IMG/VR virus record: IMGVR_UViG_3300045921_000730
Location: 1 to 64,000 of that record
Length of the DNA: 64,000 bases
Reading direction: 5' to 3' (one strand)
Positions 1-8,955 of this stretch are shown piece by piece. The notes below the pieces were generated by a model, which saw only the letters and a list, made by a program, of their open reading frames with translations, had not been told where the DNA came from and did no database searches. Within the stretch, counting starts at the first letter, position 1, and each line of letters begins with the position of its first letter. The translations under genes and the position numbers were made by a program.

Positions 1-2
1 TA

Positions 3-1121
3 AGACAGGAAATTCGAGATAGGTTCAAAAGTCAGCTTGATTCCTGGTTCCAGCAATCTGCTGTTAAATATGGAATAGGGATGTTCAAATCAGATCATGA
101 AACTGGTCGATTGGGTCGGGTTTTTGGTGGCAAAGGCAATCTGATTAGACGTGCAAAGGGACTTATTTCAAAAGAAGAATGGAAACAAAAACGACTTCTT
201 CCGTTGTATCTAATTGGTGAAGCACCAGCTAAGGGGAATCGCAAGTTTGAGTTCCGGGAAGACCATGTTGTCTTCAAGCCATATAACGGTTGTAAAATCA
301 AAATCGATCTTCCTAACATAAGGAAGAACTGGTCGAGAATGTGGAACCAGCTCTTAGTTATGGCTTCTGAGAAGCAATTGCCGATCACTGTTTCTTTAAC
401 TATTGAATCCATCTCTTTTTCTTTTGATGACGTTAAGGTGAAACAAGAGATCAGAAAAATACCAAAACCAATCAAGAATAGATATGCAGGCATTGATCTG
501 AACCCAAATTATATTGGCATTTCTGTTTTTGATGGAACAAAACTGATTGAAACCAGATTGTTTTCATTAAAGACATTAACTGGAAAGAATGCCAGTGCTT
601 CAAAACTTGAACATGAAACAAGAGAAATTGGGCATGCAATAGGTAAGTGGCTTCAACATCTACGAGTTGATAAGTTATTTATTGAAAAGCTAGAATTTAA
701 ACAAGGCGATAAAGGCATTGGCAAAAACTTCAATCGCTTAACACAGAACCAATGGAAGAAAATAACTTTAAGGTCAATTCTAGCCAAATACTTCAAGCTA
801 TACGAAATCAATGCTGCCTATTCATCAACTATTGGCAACATCTTACATCCGGAATTACCAGACCCGGTAGCAGCTAGTACTGAGATTGCACAACGAGGCT
901 ACCGGCTTGTGATACTCAAGAACAAACAGTTCTATCCAAAACTACCAGCAATAAAGTATCTAGAGGACCTATGGAAGGAAACCAAGATACCTTTGGTAGA
1001 GACTTGGAAAGAGCTACATTCTTGGGTCAAAAACTCGAAATTGAAATATCGGGTTCCGGTTCCAAATGAGTCGGTTTTTAGAATTTTCCAGTCACCAGCT
1101 AGTTTGGTTGGTGTTTTATAG
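3..1121 (+). CDS. tnpB: TnpB-family RNA-guided nuclease (IS607-type, no Zn ribbon), 5'-truncated by window edge
   Basis: Frame is open from nt 3 (RQEIRDRFKSQLDSWFQQSAVKYGIG-MFK). RuvC-I GIDLNPNYIG, RuvC-II FIEKL, RuvC-III NAAYSS..DPVAAS. IS607-like end GTTTTATAGATTTGTAT...TATGG to ~1150. Confidence 0.8.
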   Translation, partial: RQEIRDRFKSQLDSWFQQSAVKYGIGMFKSDHETGRLGRVFGGKGNLIRRAKGLISKEEWKQKRLLPLYLIGEAPAKGNRKFEFREDHVVFKPYNGCKIKIDLPNIRKNWSRMWNQLLVMASEKQLPITVSLTIESISFSFDDVKVKQEIRKIPKPIKNRYAGIDLNPNYIGISVFDGTKLIETRLFSLKTLTGKNASASKLEHETREIGHAIGKWLQHLRVDKLFIEKLEFKQGDKGIGKNFNRLTQNQWKKITLRSILAKYFKLYEINAAYSSTIGNILHPELPDPVAASTEIAQRGYRLVILKNKQFYPKLPAIKYLEDLWKETKIPLVETWKELHSWVKNSKLKYRVPVPNESVFRIFQSPASLVGVL

Positions 1122-1160
1122 ATTTGTATTGCTTATATGAATTTATATGGAAAATTTATT

Positions 1161-1976
1161 TTATGTGATCATACCCTTTAATTGTTCAACGTCAATAATT
1201 TTTACATTTAGTTGTTTTGCTTTATCAAGTTTTGTGGACGATCCATTAATATTTTCGGCAACAACAAAAGATGTTGTTTTTGAAACAGATCCAGACACCT
1301 TTCCGCCCAATAAAACAATCTGTTCTTCGAGTTCTTTGGAACGAAAGCCCGTAAAAACAAAAGTAAGATTGTTTAATTTACCTTGTGGTTTTGGTTGATA
1401 TGGAGCCAATATAATATATTTGCTTACTTTACCAAAGAATTCAACAAATTTTGAATAACCATTAGCAATTTTTGTTGCTGTTTTATGATCAAACCCATCA
1501 ACGAGTGTAATATCAAGAACCGATTGACATTTGGTCATATCTCCTTCAAACGCTTCGTAAAGTTTTTTCATTTTACGAATACCAATCCCGCGACCGAACG
1601 CAGGATGTGCCCCCATTAAAACATATAAAGGAATGTTTGTCAGTTTGTCTCGGAGCCCCTTGTAGATCTTTTTTCCGTTTGCTTTTCCAATTACACCACA
1701 AACTTCACTTTCAGTAATTGAAATAATATCTTCTGGTTTCGTAAAACCAACATTATATAAAGCACGAAGACTTCCTTCCTTAAGAGAAGGAATATCAAGC
1801 TCTGCAAAGAAATCAAGAAGTTGCTGGAACAGTACTTCTTCATGAGTATCTTTGTTCTTTAAAACAATATCTACGGCAGTATCATTCCAGCACCAGTTTC
1901 CAGCACCAACGAGTTGATCAATTTGTTGATTAAACCACTTGAGGTATTTTTCGTTATATGAATTCATTATTTTCAT
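1161..1976 (-). CDS. ligA: NAD-dependent DNA ligase, C-terminal half (HhH + BRCT)
   Basis: HhH-like GFGRGIGIRKMKKL and GFDHKTA; BRCT 'FVFTGFRSKELEEQIVLLGGKVSGSVSKTTSFVV...STKLDKAKQLNVKII'. Confidence 0.9.
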   Translation of the reverse strand: MKIMNSYNEKYLKWFNQQIDQLVGAGNWCWNDTAVDIVLKNKDTHEEVLFQQLLDFFAELDIPSLKEGSLRALYNVGFTKPEDIISITESEVCGVIGKANGKKIYKGLRDKLTNIPLYVLMGAHPAFGRGIGIRKMKKLYEAFEGDMTKCQSVLDITLVDGFDHKTATKIANGYSKFVEFFGKVSKYIILAPYQPKPQGKLNNLTFVFTGFRSKELEEQIVLLGGKVSGSVSKTTSFVVAENINGSSTKLDKAKQLNVKIIDVEQLKGMIT

Positions 1977-2023
1977 GACACAAAAAGTTATTTAAAAAGA
2001 AGTTCAACACTCAACAAGTACAA

Positions 2024-3271
2024 TTATGAAATAGGCATAGATTTAATAACTTTGGTTATTAACGGAATAACATCTCCGCTACGGACTATACCAACGATAG
2101 CGCCAGGTCCAATATTATTTTCAACAATGAACTTTGCATTGAATGCTGTGCAATAATTAATTTCTACACCAAGAAGTTTAATTGGGTTTACTTTGAGGCG
2201 CGGTTTGAGATAACCATCTTTACTTACAGACCACTGAACTTCAATCACTTCTGTTTCAGCGTAATTATTAGCATCAGCAATTTTAAATTTTCGTGCATAC
2301 TCAGGATTTAATGTATCTTTGGTTGGTACAATTTTATTTCGTAAGTCGATGTCATTCACTTCAATCACAACACCATCAATTTCGTAAGAAGTTGGAGCGC
2401 GAAATTCGTTGAGAATCTCTGTAAGGGATCCGTCATTTACATCCCTTCCATAAATTAGTTTGTTTTGAGGAATTTTGAAATCGTTTTTTTCGTGTAAACT
2501 ATAAAGAGTTTCGCGTTTGTTAAAATTATGACCGCCAACAACTACTTCATATGCAATAATGTCAATATATTGATAGACAATGTCTGGATTGGTTTCAGCA
2601 TTCATTACACCAGCCATCATATTACGAGGATTTTTGTATGGTTGTCCAGCGCGATTTTTTACTAGCGGTTGAATTTTAGCAAAATTTTCTTTACTGATAA
2701 TAGCTTCTGCTCTAATAACCATTGGTTCTTTTTCAACAACTCGCATGGGCACCTGTTTGATTTTCATTAAATGACGCGTAATATCAGCACCTTCAATTCC
2801 GTCGCCACGAGAATAAGCAATTTTGAATTGGCCACCTTCTCCATACACTAGAAGAACACTAACGCCATCAAGTTTTTCGGTGACAAATAAATTTTGACTA
2901 TATAGATTATACTTTTTAATCCATTTTTCAATGTCGCCCTCGTACGCTTGTGTAAGAGAACCCATAGAAAAAGGAAGTTTTACTTTACTGCCACGAACTT
3001 CACTTCCCACTTTTGCAAAATAAGGGTGCGAAGGCTGCAGCGTTTCTGCATACCTTTTTACAGAGTCGTACTGCTCATCGGACAAAAAGCTTTCTGCTTC
3101 ATTAAAGTACATTTCGTCAGCATTTTTGAGCATGTCTATGATCTCTTCAAAAGAAAGAGATTCAATGCCAAAAGCTTCAAAAGTATCAATAATTTTTCGG
3201 GAAAACATAAAAGTATCTTTTTGCACGCAGGAGATAAAAGCTACTATAGATGTGTTATTAACAAGTGTCAA
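2024..3271 (-). CDS. ligA: NAD-dependent DNA ligase, N-terminal half (adenylation + OB); start probably 3208
   Basis: KLDG adenylation motif, SRGDG..GADIT, KNPRN, YEIDGVV, OB motif RSGDVIP. Stops before the HhH/BRCT domains. Confidence 0.92.
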   Translation of the reverse strand: MTLVNNTSIVAFISCVQKDTFMFSRKIIDTFEAFGIESLSFEEIIDMLKNADEMYFNEAESFLSDEQYDSVKRYAETLQPSHPYFAKVGSEVRGSKVKLPFSMGSLTQAYEGDIEKWIKKYNLYSQNLFVTEKLDGVSVLLVYGEGGQFKIAYSRGDGIEGADITRHLMKIKQVPMRVVEKEPMVIRAEAIISKENFAKIQPLVKNRAGQPYKNPRNMMAGVMNAETNPDIVYQYIDIIAYEVVVGGHNFNKRETLYSLHEKNDFKIPQNKLIYGRDVNDGSLTEILNEFRAPTSYEIDGVVIEVNDIDLRNKIVPTKDTLNPEYARKFKIADANNYAETEVIEVQWSVSKDGYLKPRLKVNPIKLLGVEINYCTAFNAKFIVENNIGPGAIVGIVRSGDVIPLITKVIKSMPIS

Positions 3272-3519
3272 CTGTTGATATATTTCTGGGTTGTAAGTTT
3301 AACGTGTTCGTGTAAACTTTGATTGTCTTGTAAGTACGGAACCAAATAATATATAACCGGTTCATCGTGTGATGAATAACTTACATTAAAAATCCCAGGT
3401 ATTTTGTTAATTAAATCAAACAATTTAGTTTCAGAAACGTTGTCCTTTTCAATAATTTTGTTAAATTCATTTACAGAAAGAAGTAATTTGTAATGTGTTT
3501 TATCAATTTCAGTAATCAT
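3268..3519 (-). CDS. hypothetical protein
   Basis: ORF packed in operon; its stop overlaps the ligase ORF start. Confidence 0.6.
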   Translation of the reverse strand: MITEIDKTHYKLLLSVNEFNKIIEKDNVSETKLFDLINKIPGIFNVSYSSHDEPVIYYLVPYLQDNQSLHEHVKLTTQKYINS

Positions 3520-3521
3520 AG

Positions 3522-4388
3522 TTATACTGCCATTGGTGCTTTAATAGTTGAATGAGAAAAATATCCTTCGAGGTGAATGTCATTCATTGTAAAATCATCA
3601 ATATCTTTAATATCAGGATTTAAAATAACTTTTGGAGACTGAAAAATCACATTTCTCGAAAGTTGTTCATGTATTTGTTCAATGTGATTTAAATAAATGT
3701 GTGCATCACCTGATACGTGTGTAAATGTTCCAGGTTGCAAGTCGCAACATTGTGCTATTAAGTGGGTAAATAAAGAATAACTTGCAATGTTGAACGGGCA
3801 ACCAAGAAAAAAATCGTTTGAGCGTTGATACATTAAGCAATCAAGAAACTTGTCTTGACGGACATAAAATTGAGCAAAAGCATGACAGGGCGGTAAGGCC
3901 ATTTCATCAAGTTCTCCGGGATTCCAAGCCGTAATGATGTGTCTACGATCGTGTGGTTTTGTTTTGATATTTTCAATCAATTTTTTTAATTGATCAATTG
4001 TTTCTCCGTGACTATTTTGCCATGACCGCCACTGCACCCCATAAATTCTTCCAAGATCACCTTCAAATCTTGCGCGCGGTTTCCAATAGTCTGCTTCAGT
4101 ATTTAATGTCCAAATTGTTGTCTTTTCAGAATTTCTGTCGCCAAATAAAATTTCGCGCAATCTTTTTTCGTCATTAGAACCTTCAATGAACCAAAGAAGT
4201 TCGCTCACAATTGCCTTCCAGGCCATCTTTTTTGTTGTCAATAAAGGAAAACCTTTTGTTAAATTATACTTTTGTGTTATTCCAAATAATGACTTTGTTC
4301 CTACAGAAGTTCGGTCGTTGCGAACTTCACCGTGTTCGAGAATATTTTTTAATGCACTTAAGTAAGTGTAATCGTGATTAGTATTCAT
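3522..4388 (-). CDS. thyA: thymidylate synthase
   Basis: DRTSVGT, FPLLTTKK, LGRIYGVQWR, catalytic MALPPCH, YQRSNDFFLGCPFNIASY, GDAHIY, ends KAPMAV. Start trimmed to MNTNH. Confidence 0.97.
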   Translation of the reverse strand: MNTNHDYTYLSALKNILEHGEVRNDRTSVGTKSLFGITQKYNLTKGFPLLTTKKMAWKAIVSELLWFIEGSNDEKRLREILFGDRNSEKTTIWTLNTEADYWKPRARFEGDLGRIYGVQWRSWQNSHGETIDQLKKLIENIKTKPHDRRHIITAWNPGELDEMALPPCHAFAQFYVRQDKFLDCLMYQRSNDFFLGCPFNIASYSLFTHLIAQCCDLQPGTFTHVSGDAHIYLNHIEQIHEQLSRNVIFQSPKVILNPDIKDIDDFTMNDIHLEGYFSHSTIKAPMAV

Positions 4389-4402
4389 TTTATTATATGT
4401 TA

Positions 4403-4591
4403 TTATATGATTTTGTATAATTGATCTGTTCTTACCCACTTTTTCCAGGTACCATAAGACATATCGACAGGAGTAATTTCATATAAAATATCATCTTTAC
4501 CGCTTGGTAGTTTTTTAATAGCAGTGCGTGATGTTAATTTTACTTCCGTGTTTTCAAAAACATATGTCTGCTGTAAATCGTACAGATCCAT
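4403..4591 (-). CDS. hypothetical protein
   Basis: Preceded by AGGAG RBS and a TTGACA-N17-TATCCT promoter-like sequence. Confidence 0.6.
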   Translation of the reverse strand: MDLYDLQQTYVFENTEVKLTSRTAIKKLPSGKDDILYEITPVDMSYGTWKKWVRTDQLYKII

Positions 4592-4650
4592 GGTTTATAA
4601 TCTCCTTCTACTATGAAGGATACAACACTTTTACAAAGATGTCAATATTT

Positions 4651-5028
4651 TTATCTAAAACTTAAGAAATAATAATTTTTATGCGTTTCAACTACATGAG
4701 TGGGATCTACTTTAACCAAAGACGTATAAATTTTTATTGTTGCAAAAAACAAATATACTGTATACCAAAAAGCAATACTGAAGAAAATATCAATCAATAA
4801 TGATGATACAAATATTGAAAATAACACACCCATTGTTGTCGTAAACATTCCCGTTCCAAGTATGAAAAGTAAGTGTTTATCAGATTTTCGTATGTCACTA
4901 TGAAATTTATGTATTAAATTAAACAATCGATTAAGATCAACTAATAAAATTAATGACCACGAAATACAAAAACCCATCCAGTAAGCATATATTGTTGGTA
5001 TATGTTCTATTAAAGTAAAAGGCATCAT
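4651..5028 (-). CDS. hypothetical membrane protein
   Basis: Three hydrophobic segments. Confidence 0.55.
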   Translation of the reverse strand: MMPFTLIEHIPTIYAYWMGFCISWSLILLVDLNRLFNLIHKFHSDIRKSDKHLLFILGTGMFTTTMGVLFSIFVSSLLIDIFFSIAFWYTVYLFFATIKIYTSLVKVDPTHVVETHKNYYFLSFR

Positions 5029-5039
5029 TTTTTATCTCT

Positions 5040-5399
5040 TTATTCTGATTCGAGTTTTTCTAACCTCTTTTGATGATATTTCAAGAGTTGATTTTGGTCA
5101 TCAATTTTGCCGTCTAGGTTATCTAATCTAAAATCTTGCTCTTCGTTTTTTAAATTTATATCGTTTAAACTTTTTGCTATCATTGCTGATGGTGGTATTT
5201 TAATATTTTTGTTGATGACAAAACCAACAGCAATCCCAAGAATAATAATCAACATTATTCTTACAGACCAATATTTGAGGCAAGCATGAAATCCTTTTTT
5301 GTCTCGTGATAAAAGAAACCAAGTTTTTTTCATTTTTGCGTCCTTATTTTTTGATCTTGACATTATATATTTATTTATGTGAACTATATTAATCATCAT
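5040..5399 (-). CDS. hypothetical single-pass membrane/coiled-coil protein
   Basis: TM segment IMLIIILGIAVGFVI followed by a coiled-coil-like tail. Confidence 0.55.
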   Translation of the reverse strand: MMINIVHINKYIMSRSKNKDAKMKKTWFLLSRDKKGFHACLKYWSVRIMLIIILGIAVGFVINKNIKIPPSAMIAKSLNDINLKNEEQDFRLDNLDGKIDDQNQLLKYHQKRLEKLESE

Positions 5400-5422
5400 A
5401 TCTTAATTTTTGAAGTGTTTTG

Positions 5423-5430
5423 TATAAATA
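5423..5430 (+). promoter_or_regulatory. T4-type late promoter TATAAATA (also at 13288, 50110, 61773, 63132)
   Basis: Exact TATAAATA shortly upstream of plus-strand genes. Confidence 0.65.
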
Positions 5431-5440
5431 CATATAAGTT

Positions 5441-5842
5441 ATGAAAACAGAGACATCAAAGATGACAGAACGAAGAATAATGAACGAAGACGCAAACTCA
5501 AATTCATTGTTGGTATCTCAAAAAGCGTCTGTTGTCTTGGATATAAAAGATATAATTGTTGTTGTTAGTACCGCTATATCAATCACGCTTTCGTGGGCAA
5601 CGATGAGTTCAAGAATTACTCTCTTAGAACAAAGAATTCAGCAGTACGAAAAACAATTCGAAAAACTTGAAAATAAATATGAATCTTTGGGAAATAAAGT
5701 CGATGGTGGTGTCAAATATTTAACACCACCAAATAATCAATACGAAAAACAAATCGAAAAGCTTGAAAATAAATATGAATCCTTGGAAAATAAAGTCAAT
5801 AGTGGCGTCAAATATTTGACGCCACCAAACAATCAACACTAA
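5441..5842 (+). CDS. membrane protein with coiled coil and duplicated 32-aa C-terminal unit
   Basis: TM IIVVVSTAISITLSW, then QYEKQ(F/I)EKLENKYESLxNKVxxGVKYLTPPNN twice. Confidence 0.65.
   Translation: MKTETSKMTERRIMNEDANSNSLLVSQKASVVLDIKDIIVVVSTAISITLSWATMSSRITLLEQRIQQYEKQFEKLENKYESLGNKVDGGVKYLTPPNNQYEKQIEKLENKYESLENKVNSGVKYLTPPNNQH
5642..5833 (+). repeat. 96-bp in-frame tandem duplication (2 copies)
   Basis: 5642-5737 and 5738-5833 align with scattered substitutions. Confidence 0.9.
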
Positions 5843-6597
5843 ACCGAAATTCCTAAATCTTCACAGGCAACAATCCAGTTTTTGACTTTTTCGCTTCTAA
5901 CAATATCGTTAGATGTAAATTTAATAACACTAAATGAAGAAATTCGGTTTGCAACTTGAATAAATTTGTCAAATCCTGTTTCTTCGTGGCGGCTTCTTAG
6001 ATCAGTTTGTGGTAGATCGCCAACGATAATAATACGTGAATATTCGCCGAGTCTTGTCATAATTGAATTTAACTCATGGAAGTTCATGTTTTGAGCCTCA
6101 TCAACAATAACAATTGTTCTGTCCCATGTTAAGCCACGAATGAATGATGTTACTGAAAAATGAACTTTCCCAGCATCTTTCATATCTCTATATGTGCTAA
6201 GTCTACCAATCAGTTCATAAAACATGTTTTCGTATGGTAATTCATAATGCATAATTTTTTCGTCAAGCGTTCCGGGCATGTGTCCAATATTTCTTGTTGC
6301 AACAGCAGAACGAATAATAATAATTTTATCTATCGCACTATCTTTTCTTAAGAGTTCATTTAAAGCAAGATACACAGCAAGAAATGTTTTCCCCGTTCCT
6401 GCTGAACCATGGCCACATATATCTTTTCCAGATATAAAGTCATGCATCATTTCACGTTGCGTATCCGTAAGAGGTTGCACGTGCTGTAAATCGTGATAAG
6501 ACCATACTTTTCTTGCAGGACCTTCTCTCATTGCTTGTTCATTAAGGACAAGCGCTTGCGTAAGCTCAATAACATTGCTTCTGCGTTTTTTAGACAT
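5839..6597 (-). CDS. phoH: PhoH-family ATPase
   Basis: Walker A GSAGTGKT, RSAV, SFIRGLTW, IVDEAQNM, GDLPQTD, DIVRS. Confidence 0.95.
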   Translation of the reverse strand: MSKKRRSNVIELTQALVLNEQAMREGPARKVWSYHDLQHVQPLTDTQREMMHDFISGKDICGHGSAGTGKTFLAVYLALNELLRKDSAIDKIIIIRSAVATRNIGHMPGTLDEKIMHYELPYENMFYELIGRLSTYRDMKDAGKVHFSVTSFIRGLTWDRTIVIVDEAQNMNFHELNSIMTRLGEYSRIIIVGDLPQTDLRSRHEETGFDKFIQVANRISSFSVIKFTSNDIVRSEKVKNWIVACEDLGISV

Positions 6598-6758
6598 TGT
6601 TTTCCTCCTAAAAGTAAAAGAATAAGTGTACTACCAGGAATCAAGATAAAGAAAAGAAAAAGCAGAGTGGTGTGGAAAAGAGAAAATTTAAAAAACAATT
6701 TTTTTATTCTCTGTGGTTGAGGTACACTTTTATTTATTTTTGTGGGGCATAAAAATAA

Positions 6759-6794
6759 AAAAGGCTGATCAATCAATATGTTGATCAGCCTTTT
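6759..6794. terminator. intrinsic terminator-like hairpin
   Basis: AAAAGGCTGATCAA-N8-TTGATCAGCCTTTT perfect 14-bp stem. Confidence 0.7.
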
Positions 6795-6812
6795 AGGAGG
6801 AAAAATAATTAA

Positions 6813-7106
6813 TTATGACCAGTTATCTTTTGATCCTAAATTATAAACGTTACTATAACCAAATTGGATTAAATAATTGCCGGCTGCTTTAACGTTTTCG
6901 TCATCATCACTTTCTCCAAACAGAATAAAGTTAGTAGTCTTTGGATGTTTAAATAAAGATGAAACATTTCTCAAAGAGACGTTAATTGCATTTGGTAAAG
7001 ATCCGTCTCTAAATTGAACAGGACTTCTCACATCAATTAACAACCCGCCCTTATCAATTAATTTCTTTGCTTTCTGTGGTGTAATTCTTTGTACATTAAA
7101 CATCAT
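6813..7106 (-). CDS. rhodanese-like domain protein
   Basis: LLIDVRSPVQFRDGSLPNAINV...GYSNVYNLG. The usual catalytic Cys is not evident. Confidence 0.8.
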   Translation of the reverse strand: MMFNVQRITPQKAKKLIDKGGLLIDVRSPVQFRDGSLPNAINVSLRNVSSLFKHPKTTNFILFGESDDDENVKAAGNYLIQFGYSNVYNLGSKDNWS

Positions 7107-7666
7107 ACTTCTCCTTCAAGAGCCTTGCGTTCGCTTTCAAGGTTGCGGTTAATTGCTCGATTTGCATCAAACTTATCGGGAAATCTCACACGTAGCTTTT
7201 CAATACCTCGATCTAATAGCCGTTCCCAATCTAAATTGTTTGCATCGCAAAGTATAGCTTGATACCAGTTTAAGTCAAACATTTCTTCACCAAGATGAAC
7301 ACGATTTAATGGTTTTCCTTGAATTACTTGTTGAAGGATTTCAACTAATTCCGTGCTTTCCGTAGCAATTCCTAAAATTCCATGAAATAAACGTGGATCA
7401 ACATTAATTTCAGGTTGAAGAAGTAGTGGTGTGTTTCCTCTCTTGTTTAATTGTTGAGAAATAAGCTCAATTGTGCTTGAACATTCAGACCACGTTTCGG
7501 ATGAAATTGGTTTACCATAAAAGACATTCTTTTTAACCATATCAAGCATGGTTCCGACAGCTATATAAATTTGCAGCAATCGGACTAGACTGTTTTTATC
7601 AAAACTTACTTTTTCAATCGTGCTTTCTGTCCGTGTTGCCAAAGGAATGAATTCTTGCAAATTCAT
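7103..7666 (-). CDS. MazG-like nucleotide pyrophosphohydrolase
   Basis: HGILGIATESTELVE...EEMFDLNWY...KLRVRFPDKF. Confidence 0.8.
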   Translation of the reverse strand: MNLQEFIPLATRTESTIEKVSFDKNSLVRLLQIYIAVGTMLDMVKKNVFYGKPISSETWSECSSTIELISQQLNKRGNTPLLLQPEINVDPRLFHGILGIATESTELVEILQQVIQGKPLNRVHLGEEMFDLNWYQAILCDANNLDWERLLDRGIEKLRVRFPDKFDANRAINRNLESERKALEGEV

Positions 7667-7735
7667 GGTAAGCCTCCACTAAAATAGTAACAGGGGGGAT
7701 TATATATGATAAGATTTATTTTGACAACTAGCAGC

Positions 7736-7951
7736 TCACTTAAAAATTCTTTCAAAAGAATCAGCTGTTTGTTTTGCTAATTTAATTTTTGTGTTAATAA
7801 TATCAGTTGTCCATTGTATGGACAACTCAATCGATTTGTTGTACAAATTATATTGATGTTGAAAGTACTTTAGAGTGTTAACAGGAGCAGTAGCAAATGG
7901 TTCAAACCATTTGCTGTTTTGTTTAAAAAGGTCTTGTTGAAAAGTATCCAT
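7736..7951 (-). CDS. hypothetical protein
   Basis: 71-aa ORF, helical composition. Confidence 0.5.
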   Translation of the reverse strand: MDTFQQDLFKQNSKWFEPFATAPVNTLKYFQHQYNLYNKSIELSIQWTTDIINTKIKLAKQTADSFERIFK

Positions 7952-8015
7952 ATTTGTTTTTGATGAATTAACAACGATTAGTTTTGGTCCACCTGTTTTG
8001 TTTTAAGTTAATTTG

Positions 8016-8088
8016 AGCGGCTGGCCGGTCTCGAACCGGCGACATTCTGCTTGGCAAGCAGATATTCTTCCAACTGAATTACAGCCGC
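8016..8088 (-). tRNA. tRNA-Gly(GCC)
   Basis: GCGGCTG/CAGCCGC acceptor stem, CTGC-TTGCCAA-GCAG anticodon arm, GGTTCGAGACC T-arm. Followed by CAA, not CCA. Confidence 0.93.
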
Positions 8089-8199
8089 AAAATATTTTTT
8101 GTCAACTACTAGTTTTTGTTTTAAGACGACCAGCAGTTCACAATATACTTTATTTATATTAAAATTTCTAAATATTTATTGTTATTGAGAGTATATGTT

Positions 8200-8955
8200 A
8201 TGGTACAAAAATATAGGACAATTTGGGTTTCAGATATTCACCTTGGTACAAAAGGATGTCAGGCAAATTTGTTGTTAGATTTCTTAAAACACACCGAAAC
8301 AGATTATTTGATATTAGTTGGTGATATTATAGATTTTTGGGCATTGAAACGAAGTTCTTATTGGCCTGCCGAACACAACACAGTTATTCAAAAAATTCTT
8401 AAATTGTCAAGACATGGAACTAAAGTAATTTTTATACCAGGTAACCACGACGAAACGTTGAGAAGTTATGTTGGTCATAATTTTGGTGATATACAACTTC
8501 ATGAAGAATATATACATCAATTAGCTGACGGAAAAAAAATTTTATGTATTCACGGCGATTTGTTTGATGCTGTAACAGCATATCATAAATGGTTAGCAAT
8601 TGCTGGTGATATAAGTTATAATTTTTTGTTGTGGTTAAATAGACACTTTAATTGCTTAAGAAACAGAATTGGTCTTGGATATTGGTCTTTATCTGCTTTT
8701 ATTAAGTTAAAAGTAAAAAAAGCTGTTAATTTTATCAGTAATTATGAAGAAAATGTTGTAAAATATGCAAAGATTAAAAATGTTGATGGTGTTTTGTGTG
8801 GTCACATACATCACGCTGAAATGAAAATGATAGATAATATTTTATACTTAAATGATGGTGATTGGGTTGAATCCTGCACCGCAATAGTGGAGAACTATAA
8901 TGGAAAACTTGAACTCATACGCTGGACTACCAAAAAGAATATTAATAATAACTGA
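8200..8955 (+). CDS. LpxH-family metallophosphoesterase, PlcP-like phospholipase C
   Basis: SDIHLG, LVGDIID, IPGNHDE, IHGDLFD, CGHIHH, NDGDWVESCTA. Whole-length resemblance to PlcP/UDP-2,3-diacylglucosamine hydrolase family. Confidence 0.85.
   Translation: MVQKYRTIWVSDIHLGTKGCQANLLLDFLKHTETDYLILVGDIIDFWALKRSSYWPAEHNTVIQKILKLSRHGTKVIFIPGNHDETLRSYVGHNFGDIQLHEEYIHQLADGKKILCIHGDLFDAVTAYHKWLAIAGDISYNFLLWLNRHFNCLRNRIGLGYWSLSAFIKLKVKKAVNFISNYEENVVKYAKIKNVDGVLCGHIHHAEMKMIDNILYLNDGDWVESCTAIVENYNGKLELIRWTTKKNINNN

Noticed and set aside
1977-2023. Group I/II intron or intein in the ligase
   Set aside because: The gap is only 47-68 nt, too short for a self-splicing intron core, and there are no intein motifs.
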